Shown: positions 12,736 to 25,717 of the stretch, piece by piece
How the letters are laid out: each line of letters opens with the position of its first letter
Numbering within the stretch: the stretch's first letter is position 1
Assembly: GCF_009914755.1 (NCBI RefSeq)
Contig: NC_060928.1
Source: the human T2T-CHM13v2.0 reference genome, Homo sapiens
DNA length: 64,000 nucleotides
Direction: 5' to 3' (one strand)
Notes under the pieces: model-generated
What the model was told of the DNA's origin: nothing
The model's database searches: none
The model's input: only the letters and a program-made list of their open reading frames with translations
Position numbers and translations under genes: made by a program

Positions 12736-15675
12736 TTAAAGAACTTAGATTCAACTTCCCCTCCACCACCACTTAAAGTATGAGGAGCTAGGAGCAATAC
12801 AGTGTTGACAGTCCCTATCCTGGCAGGGGGCAGTTGGGAAAACACTGGATTAGAAAAGATGAAAGACAATGGAGCTTCCCTAGGAGACTGATTTTTGAAG
12901 GGCTTTTGATCATCCTCCACCCAGTGTCAAAGCCAGTCATGAATCCTCAGAACCAAGGAGGTCCTGGCAAGTTCTGTTGTGGTTACCCGTCGGACATCCC
13001 TGTCTGGTCACCGGGGCTCCGAGGGGTGCCCTGCTCTCAGGATGCTGGGATATGAGTGTCTAAAGTGGGCCTTTCACTCATCAGTGATTTTCCCAGGCTG
13101 TTACCTGTGTGTGAGTCTGAGATACAGTGACCAGGCAGGTGACTTCAAAACTGTCCACAGAGACTGCCAGGGGCTTGTCAGGTGAATGGAAAATGAAATA
13201 AATATAAGAACATCGCCAAGGTAGGCAGCAAGAAAGAGTAGAATTTAAACTTAGTCAGAGTCCATTTTTTTTGCTTTGTGACTTTGAAATGAAATACAGA
13301 GCAAAGGAGAGTCTTGAGGTTTTTTAAACACTCTTGTGAAAGGGGAAAAGGGTGTTTCCCTGGCACTGCTGGTGCAGACCTGTCTTGTCGCCATGCCTCT
13401 CAAAATTAAGAAAATCAAGGACTTTCTGCTCACAGACAAAAGGATGCCAAATAACTCAGGATCAAGAAATATAAGAATAATGTGAATTTACAAGTTCAGT
13501 GCAACAGATACCTTTATAACTTGGTCATCACAAAGAGAAGGCAGAGAAACTGAAGCAGCCCCTGCCCCCAGTTTTGGCAGTGAAACAGCTGGAATACACT
13601 GGCACAATGATTTAACTATATTAAAATTCTTTTTAACTCAAACAACAAAATTAATTATTTCAATTAAAAGGATGAAAAAAACTCCTCGTTTTCTAATTGA
13701 TTCAGTCAGCCAATCGCCTGGTGGAGTCTGGTTTGGGTTATATCATTGGGTTAGTTCGTGTTACTTAGTGTTCTGGATTTGATCAGGAAATCCACCAGGC
13801 GTGTGGCTTTTCAGTAGTGGAATCTTGTTGGCAGGAAAAGTCCTCAGCACACTGGGTGATTCAAGTGCACTTTCATAATTTGCTCTTGCTTTACCCTCTT
13901 TGTTATGTCCACATTCCACACGAATCCATCACTTCTCTCTGAGTTATGTGCTGCTCAGGACTGATGCTCTTACCACCCACCCAGTCAGAGCAGCCTCTGC
14001 TTCTCAAACTCGCAGAACCTATTGTTCTGTCCCTCTCTTACCTAGTGCTGTCACTGTAGCCTTTTACCTCCAGCCGGGGGCAGGGAAATGACTCCCCAGA
14101 GAGCCATTTCTCATGGTCATAAATGTTCTATTTTACTAAGTTCCATCAACATTCACCAAACACTGAAGCAAAACAATCGTTCTCTATGCGTTCTTTTTTT
14201 TTGGTATAAACATATATACTGCCCATTAAAGTGCATAAGCTATTTGTGTATGTGGGATGGGTAAATTGGAAGCCATGTCAGCATCTGTACACAAATCATT
14301 TGTGTGTGTTGTAGGGTACGTTTACCTGTTTTTCAGTAAGGGAGTAAGACACCTTCATGCCTGGCTGAACCACCAACTTCGCAGGCTTCGTGTAGATACT
14401 ACAACTGTTTATGTGTTTGGATTTTCACTAATTACTCCTCTCCAGTTTTTTCCCCTGGTGTCCCAGGTGTGTTGATTTTAATTGCTTCACTCATTTAAGC
14501 ATCTCCCCAGACTGTAATAGATTAGTTAGCCGTCCAAGCCTGCTGCTGGCTTTCCCCTCTCCCCTTCTCATTTGCTTCCATACCCAAAATAACCAGAAAC
14601 ATTCATTGCTCAGTAATGAGGCTGCAATTCTTCTCTGCGGAATCCAGGAAGACATAAAAGGCAGTCTCTATGTTAACATCAACTCCTGCTTTCCTCGTCT
14701 TTGTTCTATTATACGCTCTCTGCTGACTAACTTTAGAGAAGAAGCAAATGTTACCCCACCTTACCAGAGCATGAAGTTGTGTTACTGAGCAATCTTAGGG
14801 CAATTTACTATGTAAGACACTCAAAACAAACCAAAATAGACACATACACACACACACACGCACAGAGTAGGTCAAAACAAAACAGTGTGGGCATCCTTTC
14901 TAATTTTTCAAACCTCACCTGCTGAATAGCATATTTAATAAAGCACATACCACTTATTTGATCTGGCAGTACTTAACGCAATAACTTACACACAAAGAAA
15001 GACCCAAACATTTAGCCACAGGATGTCATCAAATAAGGGAAGAAGGTTTGTAATAATGGTTTGTAATTAATGTTTAGGTTTTAAGAGATGCCTTAAGAAA
15101 AACAAAAGGTCTTATTAACTCATTTGCCCTCCTAAATAACTCTATTTTTCAATTGACTGAGCAAACACCCAATTAGAGTGGTAATTTATTAGGGTCATAC
15201 ATTAGCTGAAAAGAAAACAGAAAAAAAGAAAAGCTGTATCAGAAGCTAGAATTACCAAAGGCTGATCTTGTTTGAGTTCATATATGGTATCTTTTAAGCA
15301 GGCTGATGACAATCTTTCCTTTATATATTAAAGATAAACAATTTAGACATAGTCCCCGCCTGGCTACCTTAATCTTAATTGCAGGAAAAGACAGTATAGA
15401 AACACGGATTTAAAAACAGCAGCAACAATAAAATGAAAAAACATAGGCAGTGCCAAGATGCACAAAGAGAGAACGGTTTCAAATATCACACTGAACTTAG
15501 CTTTCCTTCAGTTGATCCATAAGGCCTGCTATACCACATCATTCCAAGAAACACCAAGACTTTGTAGCTTTGCTATGGACACTATCAGAAAGGTCAGTTG
15601 GTTTGATCAAAATTGTGGTTGTGTAGCTTCAGCCATTCTCATAGCAAAAATTGGTAACCTAAGGTTGACAACTAA

Positions 15676-16003
15676 GTTTTTTATTTTTTAATTAATTAAT
15701 TTATTTATTTTGGAGACAGGGTCTCACGCGTGTTGCACAGGCTGGAGTGCAGTGGCATGATCCGGGCTCACTGCAGTATTGACTTTCTGGGCTCAGGTGA
15801 TTCTCCTACTTCAGCTTCCAGAGTAACTGGGACTACAGGCCTCTGCTACCATGCCCAGCTAATTTTTTTTTTTTGTATTTTTTTGTAGAGATGGGCTTTC
15901 TCCATGTTGCTCAGGCTGGTCTCGAAATCCCGGGCTCAAGCTATCTGCCCACCTCAGCCTCCCAAATTGCTGGGATAACAGGCGTAAGCCACTCTGTCTG
16001 ACC
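15676..16003 (-). mobile_element. AluJ
   Basis: Dimeric Alu; TSD aactaag(t/c)ttttta. Confidence 0.92.
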
Positions 16004-16469
16004 AACTAAGCTTTTTATAAGGGAGCCTGCAGTTTCAACTAAATCTCAATTAAAATTGCTGTCATCTGTTATATTTATATTATTTTAAATTTTAAACTTT
16101 GATTGGAAATGAGATTTTTTGATAAAATAATGAACTCTGAGCAACATATTGATCAATCAATGACTAATATATTAATCATGAGTTTCTTAATAACAAACAT
16201 TGAGAAGAAAGTTAGAAAAATACCATCGAAATGTTTGATGGGATTCTAAATATTTGAAGGCCCTGTTTTTATCAAAGTTCACATTTTTCAATAAATCTTT
16301 TTTTTAATTCAGTTTTTTTTTTCTTTCAACTATTGCTTTTGGGACTTAATAGATTTACCTAATTCTTGCAAAGCTTGATCATGATATTTCACTTCTTTCT
16401 ATTTAAGACTTCATAAAAAATTGAGATGTTGTAGTGGACAATAATTATCGTAGATAATAAAACAGAGAC

Positions 16470-16845
16470 CGTGTTGGCTGTTCACCAAACTGGGTTCCTC
16501 TTCTTCCTGGACACCTACATGGTTTCCAAGGAACGGTTCCAATTAGAAGTGGCCATGAGACTGAGTCCTGGTGCATGGAATGTGCGCAGATGTGATGTAT
16601 ACACTTCTGGGTCTGTCCTCTTATGAGCCTCCCAGGAGTGATTATCCACGTGCTTTCTTTCCTCTTCTTCCAGTTTAATGCAAATAAGTTCAGGCCCCTT
16701 GGAAACAGTTGAAAATGGCAGAGTCACAAGATGGAAGGAACCTGGGTCCCAAAACATTACTGCTTGAAAGAACACTTCCAACGAGTCAGGAATACCCATT
16801 TAAATGATCCAAGAATAAACTTTTTTGTGTGTTAAAGATTTTTGG
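16470..16845 (+). mobile_element. MLT1 (I/J-like) MaLR LTR
   Basis: ggccatgagactgagtcctgg...aatgtg...agagtcacaagatggaaggaacctgggtcc...aataaactt. Confidence 0.6.
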
Positions 16846-17105
16846 GCCTATAATCCCAGCACTTTGGGATGCCGCTGTGGAAGGATCAGTTGAGTCCAGG
16901 GGTTTGAGATGAGCCTGGCCATCATAGGCAGACTCTGTCTCTACAAATTTTAAAAAACTAGTCAATTACAGTGGAGGACACCTGTGGTCCCAGCTACTTG
17001 GGAGGAGATCACTTGGGCCTGAGAGGTCAAGGCTGCAGTGAGCCTTGATTGTACCACTGCACTCCAGCCTGGGCAACAGAGAGAGACCCTGTTTAAAAAA
17101 AAAAA
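16846..17105 (+). mobile_element. AluJ, slightly 5'-truncated
   Basis: gcctataatcccagcactttggg...; TSD aaagattttt. Confidence 0.9.
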
Positions 17106-18220
17106 GATTTTTTAATATACATGCATTATACACATATATGTATCATATACAATACAAATATATAAAAATATACATTATTATATAATTTCAAAAATTATTA
17201 TAAATATGTAATTGCAAAAATACAGAAAACTATATTTAGATATATAAAAGTTTTCTTATTTGGGGCAAATACATGGAGACATGTCCTCCCCTCTTACCAC
17301 GATAGGTAAAGGTGGATAGATAATTCTTGTCCCTTCTCTCTGGCAAAAGCACGGGCATGTGGCCTGACTCAACCAATTAGATGTTCCTGCCAGATACTTG
17401 AGGGACTTGAGGGAATGATGTGCTTAATGATTCTTCCTTCTTTGTTTTGAACAAGGACACGTCACACTGTCTTCATGGAAATTATTTTCCTCTTAGGTTG
17501 TAATAGGGGTATTTCTTTTGCAGCTCTAAATCCAACTAGTCAACTTGTGAACATCTCTAGGTGAAGCTTCAGAGAAGTCTTTCTGACATGTCAGCTGTAT
17601 TTCTGCAAAAATATGGTGATATTTCTGTCAAAATTAGTTTTATGGTGTATTTAAGCAAACTCAGTTTCTCTCTATTTTCACTGCCTGGCAAATGAGAAGC
17701 GCTACAGGTTTCTTTTTGTTTGTTTTTCACACACAACTGCTTAGGGGAGTGGTTAGCAGTATGTTTACCGTAAAGAATTTCATTTCTAACTTTTGCTCTC
17801 TACAGAATCTGTGTGGATTGAAAGGTTTTTCATTTACTAAAGGCTTTACAAAGTAGTAATAAATTTGCTTTTCCATATTTTGTTACTTCTCTCCTACTCC
17901 TCACCATGGAATATGTAGGCTAATTCTAGGGGAATGGGCACGGCTTTGACATGGGTTAGTGGGAATTTGAAATTTTGGCAGGCATGGCAAATTTGAATTT
18001 TGTTGGACATTTGGAATTGCCAGTCCTGGCTTGATTGGTTTACTTTAATAACATTTATTTTGACAGATAGTGTGTTAGGTGCTGAGGACACAGAAATTAG
18101 TAAGCTATGCTTTTCTCTCCAAGAAGTCATAATCTGGGAACGGAGACATATACACGAAAAGACATATCCAATATGGTGTGGCAGTGTTGGGCATAGGTGG
18201 ATGTAAGAGGAGAGGGCTCT

Positions 18221-18664
18221 CTACTCATTTCCTAGGGCTGCTGTATCACATCACTACAAACCAAGTAGCAGAAATGTATGCTCTCATAGTTCTGGAGACT
18301 GGAAGTTCAAAATCAAGGTGTCAACAGGGCCACCTTTCCCCTGAAATCTCTAAGGAAGCATCCTTCCTCCATCTTCTAGCCTCTGGTAGCTGCTGAGAAT
18401 CTCTGGCATTCTTTGGCCTGTAGATGCATCACTCCAATCTCTACCTTCATCTTCATATGGCTTTCTCTTCTGTGTGTGTCCAAATTTCCCCTTCCTTAGA
18501 AGGACACCAGTCGTACTGAATTTGGTACCCACCCTAATCCAGTATGATCTAATCTTAACTTGATTCGGTCTGAAAGTACTCATTTCCAAATAAGGTCACC
18601 TCCACAGTTTCCCGGTAGACATTAATTTGGGGGTGGGTGGGGGGACTATTCAAAGCAGTATAGG
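18221..18664 (-). mobile_element. MLT1B/C MaLR LTR inserted in an L2 relic
   Basis: tttcctagggctgctgta...ttctggagactggaagttcaaaatcaaggtgtc...ccaaataaggtcac; L2-like flanks 18030-18220 and 18670-18830. Confidence 0.8.
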
Positions 18665-19307
18665 GCATTGAGTTCAGATGAGGGCAAGTCAGAAAGATGA
18701 TCAAAGGATGTTTCCTAGAAAAGAAGCTGAGCTGTATCCTGAAGGGTAAATGAAAGTTAAAAGAGAAATAAGATGGTTCATCACCCAAACATGTGTGATA
18801 CATGTAAAGGAGGCTAAAAACACCTTCTACACACAAAATTTTATTGTGTCACTTATTTTAGTTAACAGTAGGTTCAGTCTCAAACATTTACTTTGTCTTT
18901 TTCCTGTGGCAAAGTCTCCGTCACGGCTCTAATCCAGGCAATCCTACTGTAGTCTCAGCTGTGAAATATTTAGAATCCATGTGCTAAATATATATCGCAT
19001 TAACACTTCCTGGTGCCAAAGTCTCTCTGTAATCCCACCCCCTCTGTCCTGATTCTAACTGTGAACATGGAACACCTGTAGACCTCTTATTTTTCTCTAA
19101 TTTTGGGTCTGGGACTACTTTTGCTCATAAAAAGTATAAAGGATCACTGTATTAGGATCAGAACTAACTTCATTTATTCAGTCAAGTCATTCATTAATTC
19201 CATAAACTTTGTTGAGTATTAACTATGTGTAAACCACTGTGCTAGATGTGAGGCAATTAAGAAGATGAATACAATATAAGTCTTGTCCTCAAAAAGTCTG
19301 TAGTCTA

Positions 19308-19474
19308 GGCTGGGTGCAGTGGCTCACACCTGTGATCCCAATGCTTTGGAAGGCTGAAGCAGGAGGATCACTTGAGCCCAACCAGGAGTTCAAGGCTGCA
19401 GTGAGCTATGATCATGCCACTGCACTCCAGCCTGAGCAATACAGCAAGACCCTGTCTCTCAATTTAAAAAATAA
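19308..19474 (+). mobile_element. FRAM/FAM monomeric Alu
   Basis: Single monomer; TSD aaagtctg(ta/cg)gtcta. Confidence 0.85.
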
Positions 19475-20168
19475 AGTCTGCGGTCTAATAAGGGAAAGCA
19501 AAACAAGTAATATACATGATAGACCGTAAAATCCATAGCAAAGGAGACGATGTTGACCTTGTTTATGGCTCTATCCCACACAAAGTTCAACTTCTGGCTC
19601 ACAATAATTACTCAAGAAATAGTTACTGAATTGAATAAAAAGGTTTAAACATTATCGGGCAGGAAGAAATATTTCGGATCTTAAATTCCCTGACAGCTGC
19701 ACTCTGGGAACTTGCCTGCCTAGATCTCTAAAATGTACTTATTTTTCAGGCCTTTGATTCATTCTCAGCTTTGAAATTTAATATTTAATCTTGTTGGGAT
19801 CTCTGCTGCCTTGCCTTATTTCTGCTAGAAAGAAGATCCTCATCTATATTTTAGGTTTAGAGTGAAGACGTGCAACTTCCTAGGAGCAACCATGTCTCTG
19901 ATGTGCCTCTTAGAGCTTCCTGCTAATGGCTTGAGGGAGAGTCACTGCTGGGGCAAATACATTCGGGATCATGTGACGGAACAGATGATGCAGGACCTTT
20001 CTCTTTTCTTCAAACGACTTCAGCTGCTCCCTGTCTAGTTCTCATCTCATGGAACTCACGAGATATCTGGAGTCATCACCTAACGTTCAAACTTAGTGTT
20101 CTGAGGAGTCCTGTAGAGCAGATGGGATAGGAATTTGAAGAGCATGTCTCCATGTTTTTCTATCCATT

Positions 20169-20544
20169 TGTCTTAGTCTGTTTTCTGATGCTATAATAGA
20201 ACACCACAGACTGAGTAATTTGTAAAGAACAGAAGTTTACTTGGCTCGCAGTTCTAGAGGCTGGAAAATCCAATATCAAAGGGCCGCATCTGGTGAGGGC
20301 CTTCTTGCTGTGTCATATCATCGTGGAAGGGCAAGTGAGGACGTGGGACAAAGAGAAATGGGGTCTGAACTTTATCCTTTGATCAGGAGCCCACCCCTGA
20401 GGTAATTAACACACTGGCATTAATCTACTCATGAGGTCAGGGTCCTCACAACCTAATCACCTCTTAAGGGCCCCATCTCCCAATCCATTACACAGGCAAT
20501 TAAATTTCAACATGAGTTTTAGAGGGGACATTCAAAGCATAGCC
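20169..20544 (-). mobile_element. MaLR LTR, MST family (MSTC-like)
   Basis: tgtcttagtctg...ggggacattcaaagcatagc; 5-bp TSD ccatt. Confidence 0.85.
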
Positions 20545-21138
20545 CCATTCAGTACTTATCTTTCAGTGCAATGCTTGGGGGCATAATAGTGCACATTTGA
20601 AGTATGAGGTTAGGAAAGTACCTAAAAGTGGTAGTTTTGAGGATAACAAGTAGACACAGATTCCTTTCTACTTAACTCGAGGATTTTCTATTCTCTTTAA
20701 TGCATATCCTCCTGACTGGAGTGAGGCTTCTAGTTTTACCTTCTACCATGAATGCTTTTCAGATCTTATGAGATCCATGTAAGACATTCTAATAGGTGGA
20801 AAGGAGAGAAAAATACCACAGAATAGAAAGGAAATGATGAGAGACTTGTATCAACAAAGCTGGACAACAAAGATAAAATTTGTACATTTTTATCTAGAAT
20901 GAGCCCTTGTATTATGCAATGATTAAGGTTAAAGAAGACATAAGAAAGCCTGGGGGAAAACAGGGCCTGTAATACTGTAATAGTGTCCATGAACAGAAAG
21001 ATGCCAAACAACCCCTTGGCATGTTGCTCACCTGCCTGTCAATAGAAAACACTAAAACACAAGGAAGCTAAGTCAAAACAGACCAGCATTCTGTATAGGT
21101 GTCTCATGAAACATTTTGGGGGAGAATTTGTATACTTT

Positions 21139-21335
21139 GAAAATATTATCGCTTTGCCTTTATTGATCACTTTTCTTTGGAATTTTTTTCTTTAAGAGAA
21201 GGGGTCTTGCTATGTTGTCCAGGCTGGTCTTGAACAGAAAATATTTTTGCCTTGCCTTTATTGATCACTTTCTGTTCTGAATTCTTTTCTTTTTAAGAGA
21301 AGGGGTCTTGTTATGTTTCTCGGTTGCTCTTGAAC
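21139..21335 (+). repeat. Diverged ~97-bp tandem duplication overlapping a FLAM tail
   Basis: gaaaatatt...tgcctttattgatcacttt...aagagaaggggtcttg...cttgaac occurs at 21139-21235 and 21237-21335. Confidence 0.85.
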
Positions 21336-21409
21336 TCCTGAGCTCAAACAGTCCTCCACCTCAGCCTTCTGAATACCTGGGACTATAGGCTTGCGTCACT
21401 ATACTTGGA
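21290..21409 (-). mobile_element. FLAM monomer
   Basis: agaaggggtcttg...gaactcctgagctcaa...gggactataggc. Confidence 0.75.
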
Positions 21410-21520
21410 TTCCTCTGCATTTTTATGGCACTTGCAATCTTTGCCACATAGTTTATATGTTCAGGACCGTGTCATATATACTGTTAGCTTTATCTTAACA
21501 TTTCAAGGGCAAAGAGCTTG

Positions 21521-21865
<345 letters not shown>

Positions 21866-21941
21866 TAGAACCACTCTATCTTGTAGTAGTCATTGTGGTT
21901 GACTTGTCATCATCTATTCTTCCCTGAATGTAATTCTGTAC

Positions 21942-22160
21942 ACCAATGGTCAGCAAACATTTTCCATAAAGGACATAGTGCATATTTAGGCTTTGCAGGC
22001 ACATGATCTCTGTTACAACCATTGTACTGTGCAGTTGCATGAGAAAGCAGCCACAGACAATATATAAATGAATGAGTATGGCTGTGTTACAATAAAACTT
22101 TATTTACAACAATAGGCTGTGGGCCGGCTTTGGCCTTTGGTTGTAGTTTTCTGATTTCTG
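21942..22160 (+). mobile_element. MER58A (hAT-Charlie)
   Basis: ggtcagcaaac...aaagcagccacagacaat...ggctgtgttacaataaaactttattt. Confidence 0.8.
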
Positions 22161-22174
22161 GTTTCTGATTTCTG

Positions 22175-22550
22175 CTGGTCATACTATTTCCCTCAACAGT
22201 GACTTGGTCAAAATGGCACGTGCATGTGACCCAATCTTGGTCAAGGAAACATGAAGGAAATCTAGTGGGGACCTCTAGGAAAGGTTTCCTTAATTCTAAA
22301 GAGATGCAGTTAGAGCCTCTCCCTTGTTTTTCTCTGGATCTTGTTGTGGTGGGAGCAGGCATTTTGCCACCTACCTGAGGCAGACAACAGGCTGAGAGAA
22401 TCTCCGAGAAGAGAGAGACCCTGACCTACATGACCTGGAGCCCACTCTGTCCTGGTCTCCAAGCTATGGAAATTAATAAATGTCCTTCTGTGTAAATCAT
22501 TTAGTCTTTTTTTTCCTTCCAAGAAAGCGTAATAATTGATACTATTGTAT
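22175..22550 (+). mobile_element. MLT1-family LTR (old)
   Basis: catgtgacccaatcttgg...ctaggaaaggtttcct...aataaatgtcctt. Confidence 0.5.
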
Positions 22551-22878
22551 TCCTGAAAGAAGATGTTAAAATGATACCAAAATGATATAAGTTGAGTTTG
22601 GCTTCTCTATGGGGCAAAGTAATATGCTTTGAATTACATTTCTGATAAAGAATACAGTGCCCAAATTTTAACAGAAATGATAAAAAAAAAGCCATGTCAA
22701 ATCAGCTACATTTATATAAAGTTTTTATAGTACATAGAAATTGATGAATTAGAGCAATATAATTAGCTACTCCAAACTGAAATTAATATGTATATGTATA
22801 TTATATGAAGTTCTTATCTTACATCTTCATAATTTCTACATTGTTTTACCACAGAAAATATAGAAAATACTCATGCAA

Positions 22879-23544
<666 letters not shown>

Positions 23545-24184
23545 TTTAAGGAGACTTTTAAGGAGATTTGGGTTCACATGATAAGTTCTTGAGACATCAT
23601 TCAGTCCCCCTCCCACTTTTTAATGAAGACACTTCCAGGTATATTTATTTGTTCATTTTTTTAAAACTACAAAAATCATAAAGGATCAAATGATACAGAA
23701 TTATAAGATAATGGTTTCCCTTTTGTGCCCCTGAGGATGCTAATATTCATTTATTTTCTTTATGATGACCCTGCTTCCAACATAAGCATTAAGTTTCAGA
23801 GGGTCTATAAGGTCAAAACCATTTTTGTAATAATATATATTTGCCTTTTTCATTTGGTTGATGTTTGCATTTTGATGGTGCAAAAGCAATGCTGGTTAAA
23901 ACTGCTGGCACTTTAGCATGAAACAAGGCAATGACACCTAACTCTACTAATAGTCATTGCATTCTTTGATGTCATGCACTCACGGGGGGAAAAGCCAATT
24001 TTAATGAAGAATGGTCTTGAAAGAATCAATAAAATTATTACTATTATTAAATCTCAACTTTAAATATATATATGTTTTGGTTTTGGAGGAGGAGTTGGGG
24101 GTAGGATTTGAAGCCAGAAGGTTTCTCAGTTAGTCAAGTTACCTCACTCAGTTTCCATACCCATAAACATTAGAAAAGGAAAGC

Positions 24185-24285
24185 AAAATATAGAACTCTG
24201 CACAAATTTGCATATCATCTTTGTGCAGGGGGCCTGCTTGTCTGCGTCATTCCAATTTTAGTATAAGTGCTGCTGAAGCAAGCAC
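24185..24285 (-). pseudogene. U6 snRNA processed pseudogene (full length, degenerate)
   Basis: Reverse complement gtgcttgcttcagcagcacttatactaaaattggaa...ggcccc-tgcacaaagatgatatgcaaatttgtg...tatatttt aligns end to end with U6; ACAGAGA box is damaged (gcagaca). Confidence 0.93.
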
Positions 24286-24630
24286 AGTGTACATGTTTTT
24301 AATATTCTGTGACACAAAATGAGAAGCACATATAAAGTACTTCTGCTATGCACCAAAGCAAGACAGTTGTTAGATGGATAAGAACTTTTGTAATTATTTG
24401 TGTTATGAGCTTAACAAGCCTCATTTTTTTCATAGACTGCCATCTTTACTTGAAAGAATGACTGACGGACTATGGTTAATTTGGATTGAATTTTGGCAGA
24501 TATTTTCTCTAAAATGAACCATGTGAGACAGTCACTTCAAGGAATGTTGCCAGTGATAAAATCTTGAGTTTACAAGTGAAAATATGAATTTTAGAAAATT
24601 TTTATCTGCCACTGTGAGCTTCATAGCTTC

Positions 24631-24993
24631 TGTCTTAGGCAGTTCAGGCTGCCATAACAAATTGCCGTAGGTCAGGTGGCTTAACAACAAACATTTATTT
24701 CTCACAGTGCTGGAGGCTGGAAGTCCACGATCAGGGTGTTAGCATGGCAGGGTTTTTGATGAGAGTTCTTTTCCTGATTTATAGACAGCCATCTTCTTGC
24801 TGTGTCCTCACATGGTGAAAAGAGGGCTAGCTAGCTTTCTGGTCTCTTCCCATAATGCCACTAATCCCATTTATGAGCGTTCCACCTCATATCCTAACTA
24901 TCTCCCAAAGACCCCACCTCCAAATACCATCACACTGGGATTAGGATTTGAACATGTAAATTTCAGGAAGACACAAACATTCAGTCCATCGCA
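24631..24993 (-). mobile_element. MLT1A MaLR LTR
   Basis: tgtcttaggc...acaaacattcagtccatcgca; 5-bp TSD gcttc. Confidence 0.85.
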
Positions 24994-25238
24994 GCTTCCC
25001 AATACTTAGAGACATTTTGGATGAGATCAGTGGTATTGTTATTAATGATTGTGATTGTAATATGTCAACATTTGTGCAAGATGGATCCATGGATTTTAAT
25101 GAAACAGGAACGCAAAATTCACTGATTAGTTTTCAGATATCACATTGTAAATAAGGCTTAACAAACTACCACATTTCAAATTGTTGTGCATATCAAAGAA
25201 GAATAGCTTCAATTATCTGAACAAGACAATCAGGATCT

Positions 25239-25717
<479 letters not shown>

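Larger units (their letters stand above)
23790..25235 (+). mobile_element. Charlie1 (hAT) DNA transposon fossil, interrupted by the U6 chimera and MLT1A
   Basis: tttcagagggtctataaggtcaaaacc..., cataaagtacttctgc-like segment, ttttggcagatattttctc, gtcacttcaagga, tgccactgtgagct match recalled Charlie1 consensus. Confidence 0.8.

Noticed and set aside
24185-24285. Functional U6 gene
   Set aside because: The ACAGAGA box is mutated, there is an internal deletion, the upstream flank is Charlie1 rather than PSE/TATA, and it carries retrocopy hallmarks.
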